Shown here piece after piece: positions 9,944 through 18,274 of a DNA stretch of 64,000 nucleotides. Positions within the stretch are counted from its first letter, which is position 1. Each line of letters begins with the position of its first letter. The notes below the pieces were generated by a model. The model was not told where the DNA came from and ran no database searches. It saw only the letters and a program-made list of their open reading frames with translations. The DNA comes from an uncultured Chloroflexia bacterium (GTDB lineage Bacteria; Chloroflexota; UBA6077; JACCZL01): positions 96,001 to 160,000 of the forward strand of contig CAVXYC010000028.1 of NCBI GenBank assembly GCA_963765765.1. The letters run 5' to 3'. The position numbers and the translations under genes were made by a program.

Positions 9944-10342
9944 ATGACCGACCGCATCAACCGCGAGATCGACGACCTGTTGCGACATATGGAAGATCGG
10001 GAGCGCCGTTCTGTCAAGCGGCGGTTCCAACGATGGTCGCACGCATTCTCCGAATCATGGCGCAGTATGTTCGGCGGCTTTCTCCGTCGATCACCCGTGG
10101 AGCAGTTCATGATTGCCAGCGTTCTGCTCCTGATGATCTCATTGGTGATGCAGTATTTCTCCAAGACGCTCGCCGGCTACGCCAGTATCCTTAGCATTCT
10201 GCTGTTTGTGCTGGCCCTGGTCCTCTCAGTCACTTCGCCAGGACGCGGTGGCTACCAGAAGCGGTGGCGTGGCAAAGTCATCGACTACAACCAACCCACC
10301 ATCTGGACACATATCCGTCAGTGGTTCAACCGCCGCCGCTGA
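9944..10342 (+). CDS. Hypothetical membrane protein
   Basis: Two TM helices; TATAAT at about 9892 upstream. Confidence 0.7.
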   Translation: MTDRINREIDDLLRHMEDRERRSVKRRFQRWSHAFSESWRSMFGGFLRRSPVEQFMIASVLLLMISLVMQYFSKTLAGYASILSILLFVLALVLSVTSPGRGGYQKRWRGKVIDYNQPTIWTHIRQWFNRRR

Positions 10343-10493
10343 CCTTCCCTTATATCCTCCAGCATAGGAACGCCCCAACCACAACGCTGAGGCGTGGACA
10401 CCTCAATGCATGTAGTGAGCTCTTCAAGGGCTACTGGGCCGGTCGATCGCGACCTGATCAGCTCCCGCCGCTCCCGGCTAGGATCCCGCGGAG

Positions 10494-10838
10494 CTAGCTC
10501 CGAGTCCCTCGCCATCGATGGGGGTCAAACCCGTGCGCGCGGAACCAGTAATAGATCCCATCCCAATAAGGCTCAGGATCGATAGCCAGGACATCGCCGC
10601 CATCACGGGCTCGCGACATGACCAGCTTTCCCCATTGCTCAGGATTCTGACGGGCAGCCCCCACGTCGATGCTCGCTGCGGAGCTGTCGGGACCTTCCAG
10701 ATCGTTCAGAAAATCGGTGAGTAGCGGCGTATCGGCGCGCCACGCTTTCAACACCGCCTCCGAACCCCCGGATTGTCCGACCAGGATAAGGGCGTCATCG
10801 CCCTTGTCTCTGGTGCGCCATTCAATGCGTTCGGTCAT
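10494..10838 (-). CDS. Hypothetical protein, paralog of 10888..11244
   Basis: Shares RIEWRT, GDDAL, DFLND, QWGKLV and IDPEPYWDGIYYWFRA with the neighbouring ORF. Confidence 0.85.
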   Translation of the reverse strand: MTERIEWRTRDKGDDALILVGQSGGSEAVLKAWRADTPLLTDFLNDLEGPDSSAASIDVGAARQNPEQWGKLVMSRARDGGDVLAIDPEPYWDGIYYWFRAHGFDPHRWRGTRS

Positions 10839-10887
10839 GGATGCCTATCAGTGGCCAGTTCTCGGTGCTCTCGAGAGTATGGAGATA

Positions 10888-11244
10888 TTAGGAACTCGAG
10901 CGACCACGCCATGGGTGCGGATCCACACCGCGCGCCCGGAACCAGTAATAAATACCATCCCAGTAGGGCTCGGGATCGATATCGAGCACATCGCCGCCAT
11001 CGACCGATCGGGAAATCACGAGCTTGCCCCACTGTTGCGGATTGCGATGACTCACGTCGGTCTCTAGACGCCCCTCGGCGGTCTCGAGGTCGTCCATGTC
11101 GTTGAGGAAATCGGCAATGACGCCCTGATCGGCACCCCACGATTTCATCACCGTGTCGCCGGCTTCGCCGTACTCTCGAACGAACAACAGGGCATCATCG
11201 CCCTGGCCTTTGGTTCGCCACTCTATTCGTGCAGTCATGGTCAC
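10888..11244 (-). CDS. Hypothetical protein, paralog of 10494..10838
   Basis: Same conserved blocks as the neighbour; protein-level conservation supports coding. Confidence 0.85.
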   Translation of the reverse strand: MTMTARIEWRTKGQGDDALLFVREYGEAGDTVMKSWGADQGVIADFLNDMDDLETAEGRLETDVSHRNPQQWGKLVISRSVDGGDVLDIDPEPYWDGIYYWFRARGVDPHPWRGRSSS

Positions 11245-11308
11245 CCTGCCGATAATTTAGCCCGCTAAAGCGAAGGGCAGTCCCTTAGAGATTCCTTGAA
11301 GAAGCGAT

Positions 11309-11854
11309 TTAGAAGAACGTATTGACGACTTTGGGAATCATCACGTTCATGGCGATGATGATCTTGCGTCGATACAGCTTGAACTTCGTTTCCGGATCGC
11401 GTCGCATGATGTCTTCGCGTCGTCCGACGAAGTGGTTCACCTCGTCGTGCAGCCGATTCTGGTAGCAGAAGAACTTGCTGTTGACGTGAATCTCGTCGCC
11501 TTCGACCCGCTCTACCTCAACGTTGCTGATGAAGTGCTCGAATCGCGAGACCGGCTCTTCTGGCCAGTGGATGCCCGTGTTGAGCTGGCGGATTCGGCCG
11601 GCCAGGATGTCCTTGCCTTCGTCGAACCAGTTGATCTCGGTTTCGGCGCTGGTGAACTCCATGTCCCAGTCGCCAAACTTGATGTTTCGGCGCATCGGCA
11701 TCCAGTAGTGGAGATCATCGTGCAAGAGATCCAACCACTCATTGAGCCGGCGCTCATCGAGTAGGCGCGCCTCGAGGTAGAGGAATTGCTCCACATCTTG
11801 CTGCAGAACCAGTCTCTCCAGCCGGGCCGCGTCCACTCCTACGCTCTCAATCAT
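11309..11854 (-). CDS. Aromatic ring-hydroxylating dioxygenase beta subunit
   Basis: EQFLYLEARLLD...WLDL...YWMP, WPEEPVSR, VGRREDI; GGAG RBS. Confidence 0.92.
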   Translation of the reverse strand: MIESVGVDAARLERLVLQQDVEQFLYLEARLLDERRLNEWLDLLHDDLHYWMPMRRNIKFGDWDMEFTSAETEINWFDEGKDILAGRIRQLNTGIHWPEEPVSRFEHFISNVEVERVEGDEIHVNSKFFCYQNRLHDEVNHFVGRREDIMRRDPETKFKLYRRKIIIAMNVMIPKVVNTFF

Positions 11855-11886
11855 TGTGCTGCTCCTATGAGAATCGCGGAGACGCT

Positions 11887-11936
11887 GAGGCGGGTCAGCC
11901 CGAACGAGCTTTCGCGCGCTCGAGCTGACCCGCCTC
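11887..11936. repeat. Intra-operon hairpin with a 13-bp perfect stem
   Basis: GAGGCGGGTCAGC ... GCTGACCCGCCTC. Confidence 0.75.
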
Positions 11937-11941
11937 GCTAA

Positions 11942-12175
11942 CTATCCCTCTGCTGATCGAACCTCGTTGAAGAAGACGTACTCTTCTTCGCCCACCTTCG
12001 ATGGATCCTGTGTGTGCTCTAACCAGGTGACGAGAACGAATCCACCGTCGCCCGGATTGGCAATGACTTCGCCCACAGATCCATTGATCAGCGTAATCTT
12101 CACGCCCTCGGGCAAAGTACGGAACTCTTCAGCTCCATGCTGGCCCGAGATATCGTACTTCTTGGCTTCGGTCAT
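11942..12175 (-). CDS. Small Cys-free hypothetical protein between the dioxygenase alpha and beta genes
   Basis: 77 aa, AAGG RBS, 10 bp after the alpha-subunit stop. Confidence 0.75.
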   Translation of the reverse strand: MTEAKKYDISGQHGAEEFRTLPEGVKITLINGSVGEVIANPGDGGFVLVTWLEHTQDPSKVGEEEYVFFNEVRSAEG

Positions 12176-12185
12176 CTGAGCCTTA

Positions 12186-13574
12186 CTACCAGATCCGATG
12201 ATTGGCGGTCTTGTTCACCGGATACAGGTCGTCCCAGCTCTCAGCTTCCATGAAGGCCAACCAGCGGCTGAACCGCGCCCGGTGCGCCTCTTCCGTGTAG
12301 GAGCCGTTGATCACCACGCCCGGGAACCGGTCGTCGTACCGGCCATGTCCTATGCCGTTGCGGAAGAAGTAGTCGTTCTTCCGCGCCGTGGCGCCCTGAC
12401 TGGCCGGATAGACGTAGTTCCAGTTCTCCATGTCGTCCGACTCGAAGAACCCGACTGGCCCATTGAAGCGCTCGGAGTAGTGGCGCAATGCCTGCTTCAC
12501 ATGCTCCGGGGCGTTCTTGTCGACGCCAGAGAGTGTCCAGCGCTCCGTCATGCCCACCTGGTGCGGGTGGTAGTAGCGGATACGCCAGCTATCAACCATT
12601 ACAGCCGGCCAGATCGCAAAGTGCCCGCCACCCCAGCCGTGCGGAGGCATGATCTTGCCCTTGAGCTTCTCGGCCTTCTTTGCCGTCTGCTCACGGAAGT
12701 AGTCGTCCACACCCGGCTCAAACCACTCATTGGTGTAGGGGGGAACGCCCGTCTCGTTGTACAGGGTCAGCATTCCGCCGTGTCCCAGATTGTGGTCGCC
12801 GCAGGCGTACTTCTCTTGCGGGAATTTGACCGACGCCACTTCCTTGCCCTCACCGCGGTCCTCATGGAGGCCCGCTGCCGCGGCAGAGCGGTGGGTCATG
12901 GCGGTGTGAGTGAGATCGGTCACCGAGGTGAAGCCGGGAACCTTCCAGTTGGTCGGGAGGCGATGCCGCTGGAACGGGGTGAACATTTCCAGCCCGGCAT
13001 CCTCGCCATCACTCGACTGCAGGCAGTGTCGTAGGCTCTCCGCGAATGGGCCCATATAATCCTGGAATGACGGGGCTTTGCGATCCCAGGTGGCCCAGAT
13101 GAGGCCATAGAAATTACTGAGCTGGGCGACTTCGACCAGGCCCCACTCGGTCTTGTTCAGCGTGTCCGTGTAGGCCTCAGGGGAATTCTGAAAGCCGGCG
13201 CCCACGAGCTTGCCCTTGGTGTCATAGGTCCAGGCATGGAAGGGGCAGGTGAACACCAAGCTGTTGCCCTGGTCGTATCGGCAGACTTTCTCGCCGCGAT
13301 GGCGACAGGAGTTGAGGAACGCCCGGATCTGCTTGTCCTTGCGATCCCGCACCATGATCACCTCTTCGGTGCCCATGCGCGTGACAACGAAATCGCCGGG
13401 ATTCGGAATCTGACTCTCGTGTCCCAGCAGAAGCCAGCAGCGCTGGAAGATCTGCTCCATCTCCTGATCGAAGATATCCGGGTTTACGTACGTCTCCCGA
13501 CTGATAGTGCCACGATCAGGATCGATGTACGATCGGATGGACCGGTCCCCCGGGGCTCGAATGAAGGCTACCAT
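12186..13574 (-). CDS. Rieske aromatic ring-hydroxylating dioxygenase alpha subunit
   Basis: Rieske CRHRG...CPFH; mononuclear Fe D-x2-H-x4-H (DLTHTAMTH) and DDMENW; GGAGG RBS. Confidence 0.93.
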   Translation of the reverse strand: MVAFIRAPGDRSIRSYIDPDRGTISRETYVNPDIFDQEMEQIFQRCWLLLGHESQIPNPGDFVVTRMGTEEVIMVRDRKDKQIRAFLNSCRHRGEKVCRYDQGNSLVFTCPFHAWTYDTKGKLVGAGFQNSPEAYTDTLNKTEWGLVEVAQLSNFYGLIWATWDRKAPSFQDYMGPFAESLRHCLQSSDGEDAGLEMFTPFQRHRLPTNWKVPGFTSVTDLTHTAMTHRSAAAAGLHEDRGEGKEVASVKFPQEKYACGDHNLGHGGMLTLYNETGVPPYTNEWFEPGVDDYFREQTAKKAEKLKGKIMPPHGWGGGHFAIWPAVMVDSWRIRYYHPHQVGMTERWTLSGVDKNAPEHVKQALRHYSERFNGPVGFFESDDMENWNYVYPASQGATARKNDYFFRNGIGHGRYDDRFPGVVINGSYTEEAHRARFSRWLAFMEAESWDDLYPVNKTANHRIW

Positions 13575-13709
13575 AACGACCTCCTCTGTCTGGGCGAATT
13601 CTAATCCTGACTGATCCTGTTGTCCATGCCTTAAAGTTCACAATCGCCGGGACGTATGTGGAGCCGATCTGGCATCCCATGACTCCTTGGCGTGAGCCAA
13701 CGAAAAACA

Positions 13710-13750
13710 GGTGGAGCCGGAAGGGACTCGAACCCCCTGCTTGTAAGGCA
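13710..13750 (-). mobile_element. Degenerate duplicate of the tRNA-Ala 3' half (att-like scar)
   Basis: GGTGGAGCCGGAAGGGACTCGAACCCCCTGCTTGTAAGGCA versus the tRNA GGTGGAGCCGAGGGGACTCGAACCCCTGACCCCCTGCTTGCAAAGCA. Confidence 0.75.
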
Positions 13751-13980
13751 CAACGCGCTAAGCGCTGTACTGCAAGTATAGGTCCACGTTCAAAAGCGGT
13801 GCAGTTAAGGAGTCTGGGGCGGGCTCTTAAGGGGCTTCAGGCTCGATCACCTCAAGTGTTCGACGAATGCCCAAGCGACTAGGCCAACCGAGTCTGCTTG
13901 TAGCAACGCTGTAGCAGCTGCGAGATGACTGTGTAGCCAAAGAAAAGAGCCCCACCTATATTGAGTGGAGCCCAATGTCT

Positions 13981-14056
13981 TGGTGGAGCCGAGGGGACTC
14001 GAACCCCTGACCCCCTGCTTGCAAAGCAGGTGCTCTCCCAGCTGAGCTACGGCCCC
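13981..14056 (-). tRNA. tRNA-Ala(TGC)
   Basis: GGGGCCGTAGCTCAGCTGGGAGAGCACCTGCTTTGCAAGCAGGGGGTCAGGGGTTCGAGTCCCCTCGGCTCCACCA: cloverleaf, TGC anticodon, encoded CCA. Confidence 0.98.
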
Positions 14057-14297
14057 ATCTGATGCTGCGATTCGTCTTGAACGCTCTCTGAGTATATATA
14101 AATGTGCTCGGCTTCTCGTGGCGCACCCGTAGGTCCGTCTGCGTCACGCCCGGCTATAAACAACCACGCAATCGACGATTTGGGCTGCCACCGTACTTGG
14201 TGCTCTGTCCGGAGAGCCGTAGCTAGCTCAGGCTCAGTCGATCGGCTTCCAGCCGGCGAGAAAGCGGCGAAGGCCGCCGCAGTCCAGAGAGTTCTGG

Positions 14298-15263
14298 TTA
14301 CCTCGGGCGCTCCACGGTATAGCTGGCGATCTCAAACAGCGTATCTCGAGCCTCACCTGACGGAAGAATGTCGAGCGACTGCTGCGCTTCCTCTATAAGG
14401 CGATGGGCCTCGGAGTACGCATCGTCAATCGCCCCGCTGGTGCGCACGAGCTCGATGAACTCTTCCATGTCGTCTGGATCGCGGTCGAACCACGCCTCGT
14501 ATTCCGCGGAGGCGATTCGCTCTCGAACGCAAAGTACGGGCAACGTGACGATGCCCTGCCGAAGATCCGATCCAACCTTCTTACCCAGTACGCGCTCGTC
14601 GCCAATGAAATCGAGAATGTCGTCCACCACCTGGAACGCAAGCCCGAGACGATCTCCGTAGCTCCGCATCGCCTGGATCTGGTCGTCGTTCAAGCCGGCC
14701 AGAATTGCTGATCCCTGACACGCTAATACAAATAAGGAGGCGGTCTTGCCCCAGATGGTCTGGTAGTAGCCATCTCGCGTCAGAACTCGATGCGCTTTGC
14801 CCAGCCGCGAAGCTTCTTCAATCTGGCCCTGGCACATGCTTGCCAACGTCTCGGCGAAGAGGCCAATGACCCGCATGTCACCCGTCGCAACGCAGCGCGA
14901 CGCTGATTGCGCGAAGAGATAGTCACCCACGAGCACGGCTAGTGCATTTCCGACCCGAGTAAAGAGGGTCTCGTCTCCACGACGAAGCGCCGATTCATCC
15001 ACCACGTCATCGTGCACCAGGCTGGCGGCGTGCAGGAGCTCAACGCCCACGGCCATGTTGGTCATTGCCTGCGGAGCCGCGTCACCCAGTCGAGCAGTGA
15101 GGAGCGCAAGGGCGGGACGCATCCGTTTACCACTCCCCGGAAGAACCATACTGAGCATGGGACCCATGAGCGGATGCTCGGATTGAGCGGTCTCAATAAG
15201 CGTCTCTTCCACGGCAGCGAGCTCTTGCTCAATCAGCGTAAGAGATGGGGCGGTGCTCGTCAT
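14298..15263 (-). CDS. Polyprenyl diphosphate synthase
   Basis: GKRMRP, LVHDDVVD...RRG, GDYL, KTA, FQVVDDILD. Confidence 0.93.
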   Translation of the reverse strand: MTSTAPSLTLIEQELAAVEETLIETAQSEHPLMGPMLSMVLPGSGKRMRPALALLTARLGDAAPQAMTNMAVGVELLHAASLVHDDVVDESALRRGDETLFTRVGNALAVLVGDYLFAQSASRCVATGDMRVIGLFAETLASMCQGQIEEASRLGKAHRVLTRDGYYQTIWGKTASLFVLACQGSAILAGLNDDQIQAMRSYGDRLGLAFQVVDDILDFIGDERVLGKKVGSDLRQGIVTLPVLCVRERIASAEYEAWFDRDPDDMEEFIELVRTSGAIDDAYSEAHRLIEEAQQSLDILPSGEARDTLFEIASYTVERPR

Positions 15264-16087
15264 TCAGCCACCTCACCACGAGAGAGCCATTCGCCTATTG
15301 CAGGAAACAACCGCGATGCGTTTAGAGTCGATTCTTGCGAAACCCGCTCCATTGACACCCCGCGCAGCTCGGCCAGCTTCTCCGCCACCAATCGAACGCG
15401 TGCAGGCTCATTTCGCGAACCGCGAAATGGATGCGGTGAGAGGTACGGGCAGTCCGTTTCGGTCACATACGCACTTGACGGCACCGCCGCCGCGACGTCA
15501 GGAAGTGCCCTGGCGTTCTTAAAGGTCACCGGGCCTGCGAATGAGACCATCAGATTTGCATCTACGCCACGCTGCATGAGTGCGACATCCCCGGAGAAAC
15601 AATGCAGGACCCCGACCGGTCTGCCAGGCCCCCGATTGCTGGACCAGTCACTCAATATGCTCAATGTGTCGTCGTCCGCGTCGCGATTGTGCACAATGAT
15701 CGGCAAAGACAGCTTCTGGGCTAGTGAGAGGTGCGCCTTGAACCAATCGCGCTGCTCACCGGCGTCAGAGAAATCCCTGAAGTAGTCCAACCCGCTTTCA
15801 CCAATAGCGACGACCTTTGGGTCAGCCGCAAGCTCTTCCACTGCTCTCAGATCGGTGTCCTTCGCCGCGCGCACGTAGTTTGGATGGATGCCAACGGAGG
15901 CGAAGCACATCGCCTCGCTTCGGGCCAGCTCAACAGCGGCCCGGCTGGTATCAAGGTCATATCCCACGCACACGATTGCCGCGACCCCTGCCTCACGTGC
16001 GCGCTCCAGAAGCCCCCGGAGATCTGATTCGAGCTCCGGATCCATCGGGTGCGCGTGTGTATCCACCAGCCGATAGGCGGCAGTCAT
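15260..16087 (-). CDS. tatD: TatD family deoxyribonuclease
   Basis: DTHAH, GIHP, IGESGLDY, VHNRDA, HCFSG, ETDCPY. Confidence 0.93.
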   Translation of the reverse strand: MTAAYRLVDTHAHPMDPELESDLRGLLERAREAGVAAIVCVGYDLDTSRAAVELARSEAMCFASVGIHPNYVRAAKDTDLRAVEELAADPKVVAIGESGLDYFRDFSDAGEQRDWFKAHLSLAQKLSLPIIVHNRDADDDTLSILSDWSSNRGPGRPVGVLHCFSGDVALMQRGVDANLMVSFAGPVTFKNARALPDVAAAVPSSAYVTETDCPYLSPHPFRGSRNEPARVRLVAEKLAELRGVSMERVSQESTLNASRLFPAIGEWLSRGEVAE

Positions 16088-16770
16088 TCTAGCATAGCCC
16101 CCTGCCCAGCCCCGGCCATCACCAGCGTGAACTCACCGCGAGGCTCGTGTCGCTCAAAATGCTCCTGCACCGAAGTCGTCGTTCCCCGAACGAGCTCTTC
16201 AAATTTCTTTGTCAGCTCGCGCCCAACGACCATTGGGCGGTCTCCAAACACTGCCGCGATGTCGGCGAGCGACGATCGCAGGCGGTGTGGCGATTCGAAT
16301 GCGATCAGCGCATGCTCGAGCGCGGCGTGCTCAGTGAGTAGAGAACGGCGCTGACCCGACTTGCGCGGCAGAAATCCGAGAAAAGTGAAAGCGTGCATTG
16401 GAAGTCCTGAGGCGACCAGCGCCGCGAGGACGGCCGATGGACCCGGTATTGGCACCACAGGATGGCCTGCTTCGATGGCCGCGCGAATCAGCGGATATCC
16501 CGGATCCGAGATACCGGGCATGCCGGCGTCTGAGATGATCGCTACGTCGCCCGCGCCAAGACGCTCCACGAGCCGCTCGACCTTGCCCTGTCCTGTAAAG
16601 GCGTGGAAGCTCGTGGTTGGCGTTGTCACGTCGTAATGCTTCAGCAACACACGGGAAGTGCGCGTGTCCTCGGCGGCAATGAGATCGACCTCGCGCAGAA
16701 CCCGTACGGCCCGGAAGGTCATATCCTCCAGATTCCCGATTGGCGTGCCAACGACATAAAGGGTTCCCAT
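16084..16770 (-). CDS. rsmI: 16S rRNA (cytidine1402-2'-O)-methyltransferase
   Basis: LYVVGTPIGNLEDMT, AEDTR, SDAGMPGISDPG, ESPHR, RELTKKFEE. Confidence 0.95.
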   Translation of the reverse strand: MGTLYVVGTPIGNLEDMTFRAVRVLREVDLIAAEDTRTSRVLLKHYDVTTPTTSFHAFTGQGKVERLVERLGAGDVAIISDAGMPGISDPGYPLIRAAIEAGHPVVPIPGPSAVLAALVASGLPMHAFTFLGFLPRKSGQRRSLLTEHAALEHALIAFESPHRLRSSLADIAAVFGDRPMVVGRELTKKFEELVRGTTTSVQEHFERHEPRGEFTLVMAGAGQGAMLE

Positions 16771-16851
16771 ATTGAGTCCCAGAAATTATAGGATCGGGAG
16801 CTTTCCATTGGGATCGCGTCTGGAGCTGTCAGTCGAAGCGCCGGCTTCTAC

Positions 16852-16899
16852 ATACAACATATTGCCCTGAGTCACTTGCATACATACAATATGTTGTAG
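16852..16899 (+). promoter_or_regulatory. Tandem NrdR-like boxes overlapping a sigma70-type promoter (P1) of the guaB3 operon
   Basis: Cores CAACATATTG (16855-16864) and CAATATGTTG (16887-16896), 32 bp apart; TTGCCC-N17-TACAAT (16862-16890) lies across them. Confidence 0.7.
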
Positions 16900-16941
16900 C
16901 GAGCGTTGGTTCGCGCTTCGCCAGGAAGGACTAAGAAATCG

Positions 16942-16970
16942 TTGACGGTCCGACGCTCTATTGGTATGCT
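16942..16970 (+). promoter_or_regulatory. Sigma70-type promoter (P2) of the guaB3 operon
   Basis: TTGACG-N17-TATGCT with extended -10 TG. Confidence 0.7.
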
Positions 16971-16992
16971 GATACCAAGCGATCCACGGTTG

Positions 16993-17054
16993 GCCCAGTT
17001 GCGAGGCTGCGAGCGCGTTGAAGCGCCGCTAGCCGGGCGAAACTGGGCTTTTTT
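16993..17054 (+). promoter_or_regulatory. Structured 5' leader ending in a U-tract; possible attenuator
   Basis: GCCCAGTT pairs with AACTGGGC, encloses nested GGCT/AGCC and GCGC/GCGC stems, and is followed by TTTTTT. Confidence 0.45.
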
Positions 17055-17080
17055 GTAACCTTCGCCAGGAGAGGGAGACA

Positions 17081-18271
17081 ATGCCAGGCGGACTCATCGA
17101 CACCATTGAGGCCCATCTAACACGACCGAGTACCCGTACGCGGTCAGACCGATTACGCCATGCATACGGATTCGATGACGTCGCAATTGTGCCCGGCAAT
17201 GTCACCGTGGATCCCAATGAAACAGATGTGACTTGGAGCATCGGTGCGGTCCGTCTCGGACTTCCCGTCATCGCCTCCGCCATGGATGGAGTCGTGGATG
17301 TCTCCTTTGCCATCTCCCTTGGCAAACTTGGCGGATTAGCTGTCCTGAACCTCGAGGGCGTCCAGACACGATATCAGCACCCCGAGGATGCGCTTCAACA
17401 GATCGTCGAGTCTAATCCGGACGACGTCACCGCCCTCATGCAAAGGCTCTACCAGGAGCCCGTAAAAGACGAGCTTATCGCTGAGCGGATTCACGCCATC
17501 AAAGCCGCCGGAGTTCCGGCGGCTGTTTCATCTACACCGATGACGGCCGAGCGCTTCGGCCGCATTGCCGTGGAAGCCGGCGTAGACATCTTCGTGGTGC
17601 AATCCACCGTCTCGACCGCGCGTTTCAAGACACATTCTGGTCCGGTGCTCGACTTCGCGCGCTTCTGCGCGTCGATGCCCGTGCCGGTCGTCGTTGGCAA
17701 CTGTGTTTCCTACACGGCGGCAACGGAGCTCATGGAGACAGGCATCAGCGCCCTTCTCGTGGGAGTTGGCCCTGGCGCTGCGTGCACGAGCCGCGAGGTC
17801 CTTGGCATCGGTGTGCCTCAGGTAACCGCGACTATGGACTGCGCGGAAGCGCGCGATGATTACTTTGAGCGCAGCGGCCGATACGTGCCGATCATCACCG
17901 ATGGTGGTATGCGCACCGGCGGCGATCTCTGTAAGGCCATCGCAAGCGGAGCGGACGCCGTCATGCTTGGCTCCCCATTTGCACAGTGTGCGGAAGCGCC
18001 TGGGAAGGGGCACCACTGGGGCATGGCCACGCCTCACGGAGCATTGCCACGAGGCACGCGCATCAAGGTAGGCATTCACGGCACACTGGAACAGACGCTG
18101 TTCGGTCCGACGTCTCGAACCGATGGTACGGAGAACTTGATCGGGGCCATCCGCACATGTATGGGCGTTGTGGGCGCGTCCGCGCTTCGCGACATGCATG
18201 ATGCCGAGCTGGTTATTGCACCGTCCATCAAGACCGAAGGAAAGATCTGGCAGCTTGCTGGAGCACGCTAG
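17081..18271 (+). CDS. guaB: GuaB3-family IMP dehydrogenase-related protein
   Basis: AYGFDDVAIVP, ASAMDGV, GVGPGAACTSR (catalytic Cys), DGGMRTGGD, HWGMATP. Confidence 0.92.
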   Translation: MPGGLIDTIEAHLTRPSTRTRSDRLRHAYGFDDVAIVPGNVTVDPNETDVTWSIGAVRLGLPVIASAMDGVVDVSFAISLGKLGGLAVLNLEGVQTRYQHPEDALQQIVESNPDDVTALMQRLYQEPVKDELIAERIHAIKAAGVPAAVSSTPMTAERFGRIAVEAGVDIFVVQSTVSTARFKTHSGPVLDFARFCASMPVPVVVGNCVSYTAATELMETGISALLVGVGPGAACTSREVLGIGVPQVTATMDCAEARDDYFERSGRYVPIITDGGMRTGGDLCKAIASGADAVMLGSPFAQCAEAPGKGHHWGMATPHGALPRGTRIKVGIHGTLEQTLFGPTSRTDGTENLIGAIRTCMGVVGASALRDMHDAELVIAPSIKTEGKIWQLAGAR

Positions 18272-18274
18272 AGC

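Noticed and set aside
13710-13760. Second tRNA gene
   Set aside because: Only the 3' half matches, with a deletion; no D-arm or 5' acceptor strand
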